Part shown: in pieces, positions 1 to 8,122 of the stretch
Layout: each line of letters begins with the position of its first letter
How positions within the stretch are numbered: position 1 is the stretch's first letter
Assembly (NCBI GenBank): GCA_043822305.1
Contig: JBDRBU010000058.1
Location: 1 to 15,053, forward strand
Direction of reading: 5' to 3'
DNA: 15,053 nt
From: Candidatus Firestoneibacteriota bacterium
GTDB taxonomy: Bacteria; Oederibacteriota; D2-FULL-39-29; JBDRBU01
Notes under the pieces: model-generated
Told to the model about the DNA's origin: nothing
What the model saw: the letters and a program-made list of their open reading frames with translations, nothing else
The model's database searches: none
Position numbers and translations under genes: made by a program

Positions 1-109
1 ATAAACATTTTGTTATCGCTGATGTTAATGTCGTCTTACCATGATCAACATGACCAATTGTTCCTACATTTACATGCGGCTTGTTCCTATCAAATTTAAC
101 TTTAGACAT
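1..109 (-). CDS. tuf: Elongation factor Tu, N-terminal fragment (runs off the left edge)
   Basis: Manual translation of the minus strand from ATG at 109 gives [36 protein letters not shown], containing the EF-Tu G1 motif [17 protein letters not shown] at 115-120. Lies directly downstream of tRNA-Thr(GGU), as in tufB-type loci. Not in the ORF track. Confidence 0.98.
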   Translation of the reverse strand, partial: MSKVKFDRNKPHVNVGTIGHVDHGKTTLTSAITKCL

Positions 110-142
110 ATTTACCTCCTGGTCTTTTCTTACTTTCTTTAA

Positions 143-215
143 AGCCCACGACCGGGATTGGACCGGTGACCTCATCCTTACCAAGGATGTGCTCTACCAA
201 CTGAGCTACATGGGC
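143..215 (-). tRNA. tRNA-Thr (anticodon GGT), CCA not encoded
   Basis: Reverse complement GCCCATGTAGCTCAGTTGGTAGAGCACATCCTTGGTAAGGATGAGGTCACCGGTCCAATCCCGGTCGTGGGCT folds as a cloverleaf: acceptor GCCCATG/CGTGGGC, D-arm GCTC/GAGC, anticodon stem CATCC/GGATG with loop TTGGTAA, T-stem ACCGG/CCGGT. Confidence 0.97.
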
Positions 216-281
216 AAATAAAAAACCCTTAACGATTTTTCATTTGCTTTTATATTGTATTAAATTAACAAGTAAACTTTA

Positions 282-310
282 ATTTTATCATATTTTATAA
301 ATGTTGTCAA
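282..310 (-). promoter_or_regulatory. Sigma-70-type promoter for tRNA-Thr/tuf
   Basis: Minus strand TTGACA (310-305), 17 bp spacer, TAAAAT (287-282) with TGn extension, about 65 bp upstream of the tRNA. Confidence 0.75.
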
Positions 311-503
311 CATATTTTAAAATATTTTTTATTTTTCACTCAAAATTACCCTGCAGATAGAAAATACAAATAAACCATATAAAACAAGGGCTTTTGTCTG
401 TATGATTAGTATTGCGTTACAGTTTTAGTAGATATTTTTTAATATCTATTCACCTCTTTTTATATAATATTCTAATGCTTCTTTTAATGTCTTTGGGTTT
501 TCT

Positions 504-914
504 TTACTTCTCATATATTTCAATCTCTGGAATTAACTTAAAATGTTTTTTGTTTTCTGTTATTAAAATTAATTTGTGTAATATGCAGGTTGCAGCTAGA
601 AGTAAATCAACAATACCTAATATATCTTCTAGTTGTTTATTTTGTTTCATTATCTCACTTGCTTTTTCACATATGTCCGATGTTATATCAACTGTCTTAA
701 AATATTTTAATAATTCTCTTGCTGTCTTTTTTACATTTTCATCATGTATGCCAATGAATAATTCATATATAGTTAATACACTTATAGATAATATCTCTTT
801 TTTTTCTAAAGAAAATATTAAATCAAAATCTCTTTTGTTTTTGTTTAAAATATTTATAATAATGTTTGTATCTATTAAATATCCTATCCTATATTTTGCA
901 ATAGTTCCTGGCAT
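504..914 (-). CDS. vapC: PIN-domain ribonuclease toxin (VapC family)
   Basis: Motifs YLIDTNIII, SVLTIYEL, DLLLAAT and LITENKKHF match the acidic PIN catalytic pattern. 136 aa. SD AAGGAG lies within the end of the upstream gene. Confidence 0.92.
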   Translation of the reverse strand: MPGTIAKYRIGYLIDTNIIINILNKNKRDFDLIFSLEKKEILSISVLTIYELFIGIHDENVKKTARELLKYFKTVDITSDICEKASEIMKQNKQLEDILGIVDLLLAATCILHKLILITENKKHFKLIPEIEIYEK

Positions 915-917
915 GGT

Positions 918-1193
918 CTACTCCTTTTTAAATTTTCCTTCTATTTTTTTTACTCTTTCGGCCATCTCTTTATTGAATTTCTCCCTAATGTTTTCTATCT
1001 TAGTATCTTTTGCTGCCCCAAATGCTCTTGTTAAAGCTTCTTCAAAAGTTTTTGGCCCACTTAAATATTCATTTATAGTTTTACTAAATGATTCTTCTGC
1101 AATCTCACTTAAACTTTTATGATATTTAGAATGTATCTCTTCCAACTTTTTTTTAGTATCTTCATCTATATAAAACAAGCTTTGAACTTTCAT
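918..1193 (-). CDS. Putative antitoxin (VapB-like, probable ribbon-helix-helix N-terminus)
   Basis: 91 aa charged protein ending 3 bp upstream of the PIN gene. The N-terminus (VQSLFYIDEDTKKKLEEI...KSLSEIAEE) has the beta-alpha-alpha pattern typical of RHH proteins. SD AAGGAG. Confidence 0.75.
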   Translation of the reverse strand: MKVQSLFYIDEDTKKKLEEIHSKYHKSLSEIAEESFSKTINEYLSGPKTFEEALTRAFGAAKDTKIENIREKFNKEMAERVKKIEGKFKKE

Positions 1194-1233
1194 AATTTCT
1201 CTCCTTCTTTATTTCATATCATTAGTTGCTATT

Positions 1234-1262
1234 ATTATATCATAAAAAAATAACTTTGTCAA
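1234..1262 (-). promoter_or_regulatory. Consensus sigma-70 promoter of the TA operon
   Basis: Minus strand TTGACA (1262-1257), 17 bp spacer, TATAAT (1239-1234) with TGn extension. Confidence 0.85.
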
Positions 1263-1271
1263 GTATTTTCC

Positions 1272-1306
1272 AAATAAAAAGGGCATTCCTTTTGAGAAAT
1301 GCCCTT
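1272..1306 (-). terminator. Rho-independent terminator of groES-groEL-dnaK
   Basis: Minus strand GGGCATTTCT-CAAA-AGGAATGCCC followed by TTTTTATTT, about 40 bp after the dnaK stop. Confidence 0.88.
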
Positions 1307-1307
1307 C

Positions 1308-1335
1308 AATTTGTAATCCATAATTCGCAATTCGT
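1308..1335. repeat. Four degenerate tandem heptamers (AATTTGT AATCCAT AATTCGC AATTCGT)
   Basis: Read directly between the dnaK stop and its terminator. Confidence 0.5.
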
Positions 1336-1346
1336 CCTAGATGAAG

Positions 1347-3212
1347 TTATTTCTTATCGTCTTCTACTTTATACTCAGCATCAACAACATTATCGTCCGG
1401 CTTGCTTTTTTGTTCTTCTTCCTGAGATCCAGGTCCTTGAGGTCCTGCTTGTTGCTGTCCTTTCGAAGCTTGTTGATAAATGATTTCACCTAATTTTAAC
1501 GATGCCTTTTTTAAATTCTCAACACCTGATTTAATTTTTTCAACATCATTACTTTCTATATCTTTTTTTAAATCGGCCATAGAATCCGTTATCGTCTTTT
1601 TTGTTATATCATCTAATTTACTTGAATGCTCTTGCATTGTTTTCTCTGTCTGGTAGATTAAGGCATCGGCTTCGTTCTTGGCTTCTATTGCTTCTTTTTT
1701 CTTCTTGTCCGCATCTGCAAATTTTTCTGCTTCTTTAACCATTTTGTCTATCTCGTCTTTATTTAACTTTGTTGGGGCCGTAATCTTCATTGATTGTTCT
1801 TTGCCTGTTCCCAGATCTTTGGCAGACACATGTAAAATTCCATTAGCATCTATATCAAATGCAACTTCTATCTGCGGTATGCCCCGAGGAGATGGCGGAA
1901 TTCCTACTAATTGAAATCTCCCTAAAGTTGTATTACCATCTACCATTGTTCTCTCGCCCTGTAAAACATGAATTTCAACACTTGTCTGATTATCAGCCGC
2001 TGTAGAAAATATCTGACTTTTCTTTGTTGGTATGGTAGTATTTCTTTCAATAAGTTTAGTAAATACTCCACCTAATGTTTCAATACCAAGTGAAAGTGGT
2101 ATTACATCAAGCAAGAGAATATCCTTTATATCTCCTGTTAACACCGCTCCTTGTACGGCGGCTCCTATGGCCACACATTCCATTGGGTCTACACCTCTTT
2201 CAACTTTTTTCCCTATAACATCTTCAACGAACTTCTGAACGATAGGCATTCTTGTCGGACCACCAACAAAAATAATTCTATCAATATCTTTAGAAGTTAA
2301 TTTCCCGTCACTTAGTGCTTGTTCAACTGGATGCCTGCATTTTTCAATTGTAGGAGAAATAAGTTCTTCTAACTTGGCGCGACTTATTTTCATCACTAAA
2401 TGTTTTGGTCCACCTGCATCTGCTGAAATAAAAGGCAAATTAATATCCGTTTCTAATGTTGTTGATAATTCTATCTTTGCTTTTTCTCCTGCTTCTCTAA
2501 GCCTTTGAACAGCCATTTTATCTTTTCTTAAATCAATTCCTTCTGTTCTTCGGAATTCTTCAGCAATGTAATCAATTATTGTATTATCCATATCTGTCCC
2601 GCCAAGCTGTGTATCGCCACTTGTTGATATAACCTCAAACACTCCTTCAGCCATATGCATTATGGTCACATCAAGAGTTCCTCCACCTAAATCAAACACT
2701 AAAATTTTCTGTTCTTTTGCACCCTTATCAAGTCCATAAGCTAAACAAGCCGCTGTTGGTTCGTTAATTATTCTTACAACATCCAACCCGGCAATAGTTC
2801 CCGCATCTTTAGTTGCTTGTCTTTGATTGTCGTTAAAATAGGCTGGAACAGTAATGACTGCTTTCTCAACTTTTTCACCCAGAAATGCTTCTGCGTCTGT
2901 TTTTATCTTCTGTAATATAAATGCTGAAATCTGCTGTGGTGTATATTCTTTACCAAAAATTTTTATTTTATAATCTGTTCCCATTTTTCTTTTAATAGCC
3001 AGTATCGTTCCCTCTGGATTAGATATTGATTGTCTTCGAGCAGGTTCTCCGACTAACCTCTGTCCATCTTTTGTAAACGCCACATATGATGGGAATGCCT
3101 TTCCTCCAATACTTGTTCCTTCTGCAGATGGAACTATACTCGGCTTTCCTCCAATCATGGCTGCCGCTGCTGAATTACTCGTCCCTAAATCTATTCCTAT
3201 GATTTTAGACAT
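1347..3212 (-). CDS. dnaK: Chaperone DnaK (Hsp70), Thermoplasma-like variant
   Basis: Motifs [40 protein letters not shown], linker DILLLDV and C-terminal VVDAEY. Start probably ATG 3212 (MSKIIG); in-frame alternatives are 3218 and 3224. Confidence 0.98.
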   Translation of the reverse strand: MSKIIGIDLGTSNSAAAAMIGGKPSIVPSAEGTSIGGKAFPSYVAFTKDGQRLVGEPARRQSISNPEGTILAIKRKMGTDYKIKIFGKEYTPQQISAFILQKIKTDAEAFLGEKVEKAVITVPAYFNDNQRQATKDAGTIAGLDVVRIINEPTAACLAYGLDKGAKEQKILVFDLGGGTLDVTIMHMAEGVFEVISTSGDTQLGGTDMDNTIIDYIAEEFRRTEGIDLRKDKMAVQRLREAGEKAKIELSTTLETDINLPFISADAGGPKHLVMKISRAKLEELISPTIEKCRHPVEQALSDGKLTSKDIDRIIFVGGPTRMPIVQKFVEDVIGKKVERGVDPMECVAIGAAVQGAVLTGDIKDILLLDVIPLSLGIETLGGVFTKLIERNTTIPTKKSQIFSTAADNQTSVEIHVLQGERTMVDGNTTLGRFQLVGIPPSPRGIPQIEVAFDIDANGILHVSAKDLGTGKEQSMKITAPTKLNKDEIDKMVKEAEKFADADKKKKEAIEAKNEADALIYQTEKTMQEHSSKLDDITKKTITDSMADLKKDIESNDVEKIKSGVENLKKASLKLGEIIYQQASKGQQQAGPQGPGSQEEEQKSKPDDNVVDAEYKVEDDKK

Positions 3213-3244
3213 CGTCATCACCAACCTTTGACAAATGATTAATC

Positions 3245-3277
3245 CCGGCTATAGGATTTTAACTCACCTATAGCCGG
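3245..3277. other. Intergenic stem-loop between groEL and dnaK
   Basis: Perfect 11 bp inverted repeat CCGGCTATAGG (3245-3255) / CCTATAGCCGG (3267-3277) with an 11 nt loop and no U-tract on the minus strand. Confidence 0.75.
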
Positions 3278-3292
3278 TCTCCCATTTGACTT

Positions 3293-4933
<1,641 letters not shown>

Positions 4934-4961
4934 TTAAAAACACCTCCCTTTTTAATTTTAT

Positions 4962-5252
4962 TTATTCTATTACTGCCAGTATATCATCTTCTCTTAAAAT
5001 TAAATGTTTCTCTCCATCTATTGTTACCTCGTTCCCTGCATATTTTGCAAAAAGAACCTTATCTCCTTTTTTCACTTCAATATGCTTTTTTTGCCCATTT
5101 TCCAAAACTTTTCCAGGCCCTACTGCAACTACTTTACCTTCCTCAGGCTTCTCTTTTGCAGTATCTGGAATGATGATACCTCCCTTTTTTACCTCTTCTC
5201 CTGATTCTAATGGTTTCACTAGAACCCTATCTTCTAACGGTTTCACTATCAT
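4962..5252 (-). CDS. groES: Co-chaperonin GroES
   Basis: Motifs [29 protein letters not shown] and KYAG. Start is likely ATG 5252, downstream of SD AGGAGGTG (5262-5269); the track's start at 5264 falls inside that SD. Confidence 0.98.
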   Translation of the reverse strand: MIVKPLEDRVLVKPLESGEEVKKGGIIIPDTAKEKPEEGKVVAVGPGKVLENGQKKHIEVKKGDKVLFAKYAGNEVTIDGEKHLILREDDILAVIE

Positions 5253-5326
5253 ATCTTTAAACACCTCCTTTTTGAAATTTCCCGCCTTGGGCGGTTAACT
5301 ACATTCTGAATCACAGATATAATATA

Positions 5327-5343
5327 AGCAAGTTTCGTGCCAA
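5327..5343 (-). promoter_or_regulatory. Sigma-54 (RpoN) -24/-12 promoter for groES-groEL-dnaK
   Basis: Minus strand TTGGCACGAAACTTGCT matches the consensus YTGGCACGRNNNTTGCW at every position, in the correct orientation, about 75 bp upstream of the groES start. Confidence 0.85.
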
Positions 5344-5438
5344 CATTTAATAACATAGTAAAAATCATAAAAGTGATTATTTATCAATGATTTTTAAAAA
5401 ATGGGGAAAGATGTCCACATTCTAATTAACATAATTTT

Positions 5439-5467
5439 CGTTCCATTTTGAAACAAACTGTTTCAAA
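5439..5467. promoter_or_regulatory. Palindromic candidate enhancer (UAS) for a sigma-54 activator
   Basis: TTTGAAACA-AAC-TGTTTCAAA (5447-5467) overlaps the imperfect dyad CGTTCCA-TTT-TGAAACA (5439-5455), about 125-150 bp upstream of the predicted TSS. Confidence 0.55.
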
Positions 5468-5472
5468 TTAAA

Positions 5473-5488
5473 GGGGTCAGAGTCAATT
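5473..5488 (+). repeat. GGGGTCAGAGTCAATT repeat copy (left flank of the GH3 remnant)
   Basis: Positions 5474-5488 match 6844-6858 (GGGTCAGAGTGAATT) at 14 of 15 positions in direct orientation. Confidence 0.7.
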
Positions 5489-5503
5489 ATTCGGGCATTG
5501 TAT

Positions 5504-6840
5504 TTATTTTACTATAACCTCACTAAAAAATACTTCCTTTTTGGAAATCTTTTTGGTCCCGGTCACATAAAAAGAGCCTTTAAGTTTAATATCCTCTGAT
5601 GAACTTCCAATCTCGACTTTAAAATTTCCTTCTTCAATAACTAACTCCATATTTCTATCGTAGAAAGACAACTGTTCGCAATCTAAGTAAAATATTATTT
5701 TCTTTTTCTCTTTTGGTTTAAGTGTAATTCTTTTAAATCCTTTTAGTTCTTTTACCGGTCTGGTAACACTACCTACTTCATCAATAATATATAATTGAAT
5801 TACCTCATCGCCTTTGACTCTTCCTGTATTTTTTACTATAAAACTAATTTTAACTTTTCCATCTGGAACTGTTTTCTTAGGATTTATTTCTAAATGGCTA
5901 TACTTAAACTTTGTATAACTTAAACCATATCCAAATGGAAACAATGGTTTTGTTTTTAAGTCAATATAATCTCTGGATGAAGAAGACTTCCTTCTATAAT
6001 GAATAGGAACTTGTCCTGTCACATCCTTCGCCTGATATACCAGAACCAAACATTCCACTTTTCTCACCAAGAGCAAGTATGACGGCATCTGATTCTTTTA
6101 CTATATCTATTGCCTCTGGAAAACCACTTTTATCGGTAGTATCTAATTCGCATCCTTTTGCAAAATAAACCTTTGTTTTTGAAGAAACTTTGTTTTTCAT
6201 GCCCTCTAATATTGAAACTACTTTAACAGAATCTTCTACATTATATACTGATAAATGTGCTGTATAATGATAATCCCCAAAAAGATTTTTTGTAGAATTT
6301 GGGAGTTCTATATCAATCCCGGCTTTTAAGGCCAAACAAGCTGCTTCCTTTTCATCTTTAGCCACATGATGAAAATTATTTAACATAATTACAGCATCAT
6401 AATCCGATATAACTATCCCATCAAATTTCCATTCCTCTCTGAGTAGATTTGTTAACAACTCTTTTGAAGCAGTTGCCGGTATTCCATCGACTTCACAATA
6501 AGAGTTCATAACTGATTTAACTTTACCTTCTTTTACAATTGCTTCAAAAGGAAAGAGAAACTCTTCCCTGAATGCTCTTAAGCCGACATTTACTGGTGCT
6601 AAATTTCTGCCGCCTTCTGAAAACGAATGACCACCAAAATGTTTAAGTGTGGCCACAACACCATTTTTTAAATTATCTCCTTGAAGTCCTTTTACATATG
6701 CTAATCCAAGGCATGCAATTAAATAAGGATCCTCTCCATATGTCTCTTCAGTTCTCCCCCATCTTGGATCTCTTAAAACATCAACAACCGGCGCTAACCC
6801 TTGATGTACTCCTATATTTCTCATTTGAGCCACCTCCAAC
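5504..6840 (-). pseudogene. Glycoside hydrolase family 3 (BglX-like beta-glucosidase/xylosidase) pseudogene
   Basis: GH3 motifs occur in order: RDPRWGRTEETYGEDP, KHF, MNSY, ISDY, AGIDIELP, GDY, AKGC, GEGCDR, then after a frame change GQVPIHY, PLFPFGYGLSYT and the Fn3-like GDEVIQLYI...RPVKELKGF...IGSSSEDI. The N-terminus is missing and there are two internal gaps (near 6300 and 6015). Spans track ORFs 5994..6887 and 5504..6088. Confidence 0.9.
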
Positions 6841-6918
6841 ATTGGGTCAGAGTGAATTTTTATGACCGGTACTCGGGGTCGTCCCACGGGGACTTCCTTC
6901 GGTCGTCTCCGACCCCAT
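6841..6918. repeat. REP/MITE-like GC-rich palindromic element
   Basis: Terminal inverted repeat ATTGGGTCAGAG (6841-6852) / CTCCGACCCCAT (6907-6918), 10 of 12 complementary. Inner GGGGTCG (6875-6881) pairs with CGACCCC (6910-6916). Hairpin GTCCC-ACG-GGGAC at 6881-6893. GC-rich patch in an AT-rich context. Confidence 0.7.
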
Positions 6919-6934
6919 TTTGTAGTTGTTTCTC

Positions 6935-7324
6935 TTAAAATTCATTATACTTTACCTCTTTCCAGTTTTTTAATTTCATCGCAATTTCTTCACGACTACT
7001 ATGGACATCTTTAATTCCATATCCTTCTTGCAAGGTAGCATATACATTCTCCCATTCTTTATTTGTAATTGGGTCAATGAGATAGCAATTTCGAATATAT
7101 TTATTTATCAAAAGTTCTTCAAGGTGAGATGGATATCTATTTGTCTTTCTTCTGTATTCTTTTAATGCCGTTCTTATTTTATCTAATCTATATAGCAGTT
7201 CTTCTTCTTTTTCACGCTTAATTGTTGTGCTTATAAGTGCAATAATACTTGTTGTGGTAATGCCTAAAATCACGACACTAATTATACATAATATAAATGT
7301 GAAACCTTTTTGATTTTTTAGCAT
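6935..7324 (-). CDS. Minor pseudopilin (GspG-like paralog 3, lacking Glu+5)
   Basis: MLKNQKG|FTFIL prepilin leader plus hydrophobic helix, then KREKEEELL, YPSHLEELL and DPIT, motifs shared with the neighbouring pilins. Likely start ATG 7324, just after the upstream stop. Confidence 0.8.
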   Translation of the reverse strand: MLKNQKGFTFILCIISVVILGITTTSIIALISTTIKREKEEELLYRLDKIRTALKEYRRKTNRYPSHLEELLINKYIRNCYLIDPITNKEWENVYATLQEGYGIKDVHSSREEIAMKLKNWKEVKYNEF

Positions 7325-7325
7325 A

Positions 7326-7715
7326 TTACCATTCGTTGTAAGGTTTGCCGTTACTATCAACCTTATCGCATGAACTTTTTATGTCAAACACATCATTTCC
7401 TGTATTAGATGACGGGATAATTATCCATGAATTAGTTGACTTAGTAAATGGATCCTCTGGTATTTTTCTTATATATTTATTATCAACTAAATCCTGTAAT
7501 GCAGATGGATATTTATTTTTATCAGTATAATATTCATCTATTGCTTTTCTTATAGTATATAAATTATGTTTTAAGGCAGTTTCTTTTGCAAAAGTTATTC
7601 TTCCACTAATAACAATATTAGCCACTGCGTATAAAATACCCATTATAATTATTACGATCATTAATTCAAGCAGTGTAAATCCTTTTTGTTTACCATGTAT
7701 TATATTTTGTGCCAT
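7326..7715 (-). CDS. GspG-like pseudopilin (paralog 2)
   Basis: KG|FTLLELMIVII class III signal peptide; motifs IRKAIDEYY, YPSALQDLV, IPEDPFT and GKPYNEW. Overlaps the upstream pilin gene by 26 bp. Confidence 0.92.
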   Translation of the reverse strand: MAQNIIHGKQKGFTLLELMIVIIIMGILYAVANIVISGRITFAKETALKHNLYTIRKAIDEYYTDKNKYPSALQDLVDNKYIRKIPEDPFTKSTNSWIIIPSSNTGNDVFDIKSSCDKVDSNGKPYNEW

Positions 7716-8118
7716 CTAATCCCGCCTCTTCTGATGTTGTCTGGACATCATATACATCAAGTTTATCAGATATTAAAGAATCGTATTTATCGCTAAATGA
7801 TTTTGTGTCCCAGTTAGTTGAATTAGTTATAGGATCTATAGATATTCGTCTTAAAATCTTTTTATCTACTAGTTTATTTAATGTCTCTGGATAGCCGGAT
7901 GCTCCAACTGTTTTTAGTCCGTATAATCCTTCATCGTAATTTTCTTTGTACTTATCTATTGCTTGTCTTAATTCTCTTAAATTTTTCCTGAGTTCTAATT
8001 CTTTTGCTCTTTTAACTGCTAATTCAGATAAAGGAAGGGCAATAGAAGCTAATATTCCTAATATAACTAAGGAGATTATCAATTCTATGAATGTCAGTCC
8101 CTTTTCATTATTAGTCAT
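7690..8118 (-). CDS. GspG-like pseudopilin (paralog 1)
   Basis: KG|LTFIELII prepilin motif; motifs LRQAIDKYK, GYPETLNKLV, IDPIT and DGTKYNTW. Confidence 0.92.
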   Translation of the reverse strand: MTNNEKGLTFIELIISLVILGILASIALPLSELAVKRAKELELRKNLRELRQAIDKYKENYDEGLYGLKTVGASGYPETLNKLVDKKILRRISIDPITNSTNWDTKSFSDKYDSLISDKLDVYDVQTTSEEAGLDGTKYNTW

Positions 8119-8122
8119 AGTC

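Noticed and set aside
371..395. Imperfect dyad TAAACCATATAAAACAAGGGCTTTT as an att or recombinase accessory site near the tRNA
   Set aside because: Weak symmetry, located on the tRNA 5' side, with no integrase and no duplicated tRNA 3' end in the window.
412..1122. 236 aa plus-strand ORF
   Set aside because: Antisense shadow of the vapBC pair, with an F/I/L/S-rich composition typical of reverse-strand AT-rich sequence, a TTG start and no motifs.
5253..5470. CIRCE/HrcA operator upstream of groES
   Set aside because: Searched by eye; no TTAGCACTC-N9-GAGTGCTAA on either strand.
5994..6030. Programmed ribosomal frameshift joining the two GH3 ORFs
   Set aside because: No slippery heptamer at the junction, and essential sequence is missing, so a deletion explains it better.
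6020..6088. N-terminus of track ORF 5504..6088 as a real gene start
   Set aside because: The first roughly 23 residues are an off-frame reading of the upstream GH3 block; homology begins only at TGQVP.
6841..6887. N-terminus MGRPRVPVIKIHSDP of track ORF 5994..6887
   Set aside because: Translation of the palindromic repeat element, not GH3 sequence.
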